64,000 nt of DNA. It comes from Narcine bancroftii (taxonomy: Eukaryota). How positions within the stretch are numbered: position 1 is the stretch's first letter; each line of letters begins with the position of its first letter. Under the pieces are notes generated by a model, which worked only from the letters and a program-made list of their open reading frames with translations, did no database searches and was not told the DNA's origin. Location of the stretch: contig NC_091469.1 of assembly GCF_036971445.1 (NCBI RefSeq), positions 379,068,001 through 379,132,000 of the forward strand, given 5' to 3'. Made by a program: the position numbers and the translations under genes. Positions 61,896-64,000 of this stretch are shown here, piece after piece.

Positions 61896-64000
61896 GTCAC
61901 ATGTACCAAGAAACAGATTTCATTAAAACGTGGGAAATTCTGACGAGTTTGGAGGGCCTTAATCCTATTGCACGCTTTGGTGGTTAGTTAATTCTGTAAG
62001 TGATGGACACAATTAACAGATTAGACAGTAAAAAAGCAAGAACTACTGGAGTACTAAAACAAGTTGAAAGGTACCTAAGAAACTTAAAATTAATGCTTTA
62101 TGTAACAGATAAAAGTCCATCAATCTTATAGGGAGTGAACTGGACTTTTACACACTTCCACTAGTCAAAATAAGTTGCCTATATTTCAATAATATAACAA
62201 TAATCTACTGGTTTTGGGATGGAACTTCCTTTGTCTGGTACATTTCAGTTATAACAAACTTGTTATGTTCCATCTGTGTTTGGGTGACTGCCATGTCCCA
62301 GCTAGAACAAGCTGTTAAAACTCAGCTGTGGCTGGTTGCTAAATCACTGTTAATTGTGAAATCCAAATTAATTCTGTTAAGTTGTGACTGTATCTGACTG
62401 ATAAATTTGATTAATTCTGGGTAGTTGTTATCTAATTTAAAGAATTTATTCATGCTATTGAATATGTTCTCAGTGACTTTAAAGAGAAATAGCCTCCCTG
62501 GAAGTGAATGTTATTTTGGAATACATGGAACATGTATGAAATAGTAAGTTGAAACAGCATTCACTGCAGGCTGAATCTTTATTTCAGTCCTTTGAAATAT
62601 CCTGTTGGCTTCTGAGTTATCCCCAGGAGAAGGCTTACAAGATCATCCAGTTACATTCAATTATTCTGGATATACGTGTTGTATTTCAGGACCAATTGCA
62701 ACTCTTGGGATTTCACGGAGAAGAAGATTAAAAAATATGAAATTCAGTGAACTTCCGACCTCAGCACAGATAAACGTTCCTGTGCTGATTTAATCTCTCC
62801 TGGCATTCACCGCTTGGTTTATATATCTAGCTGATGCATTTGCACAAATCAATATCAGGGTTTTACTGGACCAAAGTGCAGTATTTAACAAAGATCCCAG
62901 CATTTAAAAAAAATTGCCCATGGTTGTTATTATCCCCAGTCATCAATAGAATAGCCATGAGAGTGATAAACATTGGTCAGGTATGTTGACTAAATCACTT
63001 GGGCTTTGAAAAACGTCTAAAGGTATTGTGCAAGAGGCCTCTTTCCTGCTTTGTGCAAAGCTTGATTGTGCACCATTCTTCAACTGATTTAAGTTCTAAC
63101 TTTAAACTCGCATTATCTATCTTCCATACAAGATTGCTTTAAAACTTGTTGCAGTAACACCATGAATAACCAGCCTGTTGAAGAGAGTTATCTGACTAAA
63201 AGCTGAATCACTCGCAGACAGTGTAGTGGGCTCCCTTTCCTTTGTAAGCAGTAATGAATCTGTCAAGATTACTGGTGCATCCAACCAGAAGGGGAAGAGT
63301 TCTTTATGAAGTCTGCCTCCGCTAATGAGGGGGAGCTAGCACTGTGGGACCATAAGTGTTGGTGTACTGAGCAAAGAAGGGGGGTAGGATGATTAATTTT
63401 TTGAGTTCCTGCCAAGCAATGTAATCAGTAATCAGTTGATTTCAATTATATTAATTCTAACAGTGTGGCAAAAATTCAGCAAATCTAGTAGAGTTATGTA
63501 TCTTTACACTGGAGGGTTTCAATCAAGTGAGTCTCAGCCAAATGTGGGAACAGCTCATTGGATTTTCCTGTTTTGAGCTGAGCTCTGCAGTGTTCAGCTT
63601 GGTTGTCAGTGGGACATCCAGCTGCAAGCACAGAAGGTCCAGACAGCTGTGGTCAGTGCCCAATGAGGAGACAGTTGTGTGCATACTTTACCGTCGTACA
63701 ATGTAGAATCAGGACATTCAGCCCAATTCACCCATGCCAACTGTTTCCTGTCTCAGCTAATCCAATTTGTCTGTGTTTGCCCCATATTATTCCAAACCTT
63801 CCCCATCCATGTACCTGTATAAATGTCTTTCAAACGTTGCTATTATTTCCACCGTGACCACTTCCTCTGGCAGCTCTGTGGTGAATGTCTGCCAAGCTGC
63901 CTGTCTCCCCCCTTTGGCTAGCCTTGCTGTACTAACATTGGCTGTGCATTATCTCTACTGTTAAGGACACTCCCCTTGGATATAACTGTATATGCATCTA

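Noticed and set aside
61990-62160. Possible Gypsy protease remnant (LMLYVTDKSPSIL*GVNW)
   Set aside because: Too short and decayed; no LTR or neighbouring domains.

Overview
Eukaryotic, transposon-dense intronic/intergenic DNA with no convincing host protein-coding exon. The repeat complement (V-SINE/HE1-like SINEs, CR1/HER1-like LINEs, Penelope-like elements, Rex1/Babar, L1, RTE) points to a cartilaginous fish, probably a ray (inference). Main elements: a decayed endogenous-retrovirus env gene (1-1560) split by a hAT-like MITE; a full-length but broken L1 (10196-16513) inserted in a CR1 and itself hit by an RTE; a second L1 retaining only its 5' half; four young RTE 3' fragments; an internally deleted LTR element with a tRNA-Ser PBS (23880-27889) whose 3' LTR carries a hAT insertion; three solo LTRs with exact TSDs; a full-length decayed Gypsy (Mag-like) element on the minus strand (50272-54591); a 23-bp minisatellite; a 502-bp tandem duplication; a 134-N gap. 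Best leads: the Gypsy element has no tRNA PBS, and the bases after its 5' LTR are instead complementary to the LTR poly(A)-signal region (self-priming or poly(A) occlusion); a nested double hairpin inside a hAT element; and many decayed minimal hammerhead-like motifs in Penelope-derived repeats. All calls are by eye, with no searches run, and boundaries of old elements are approximate.
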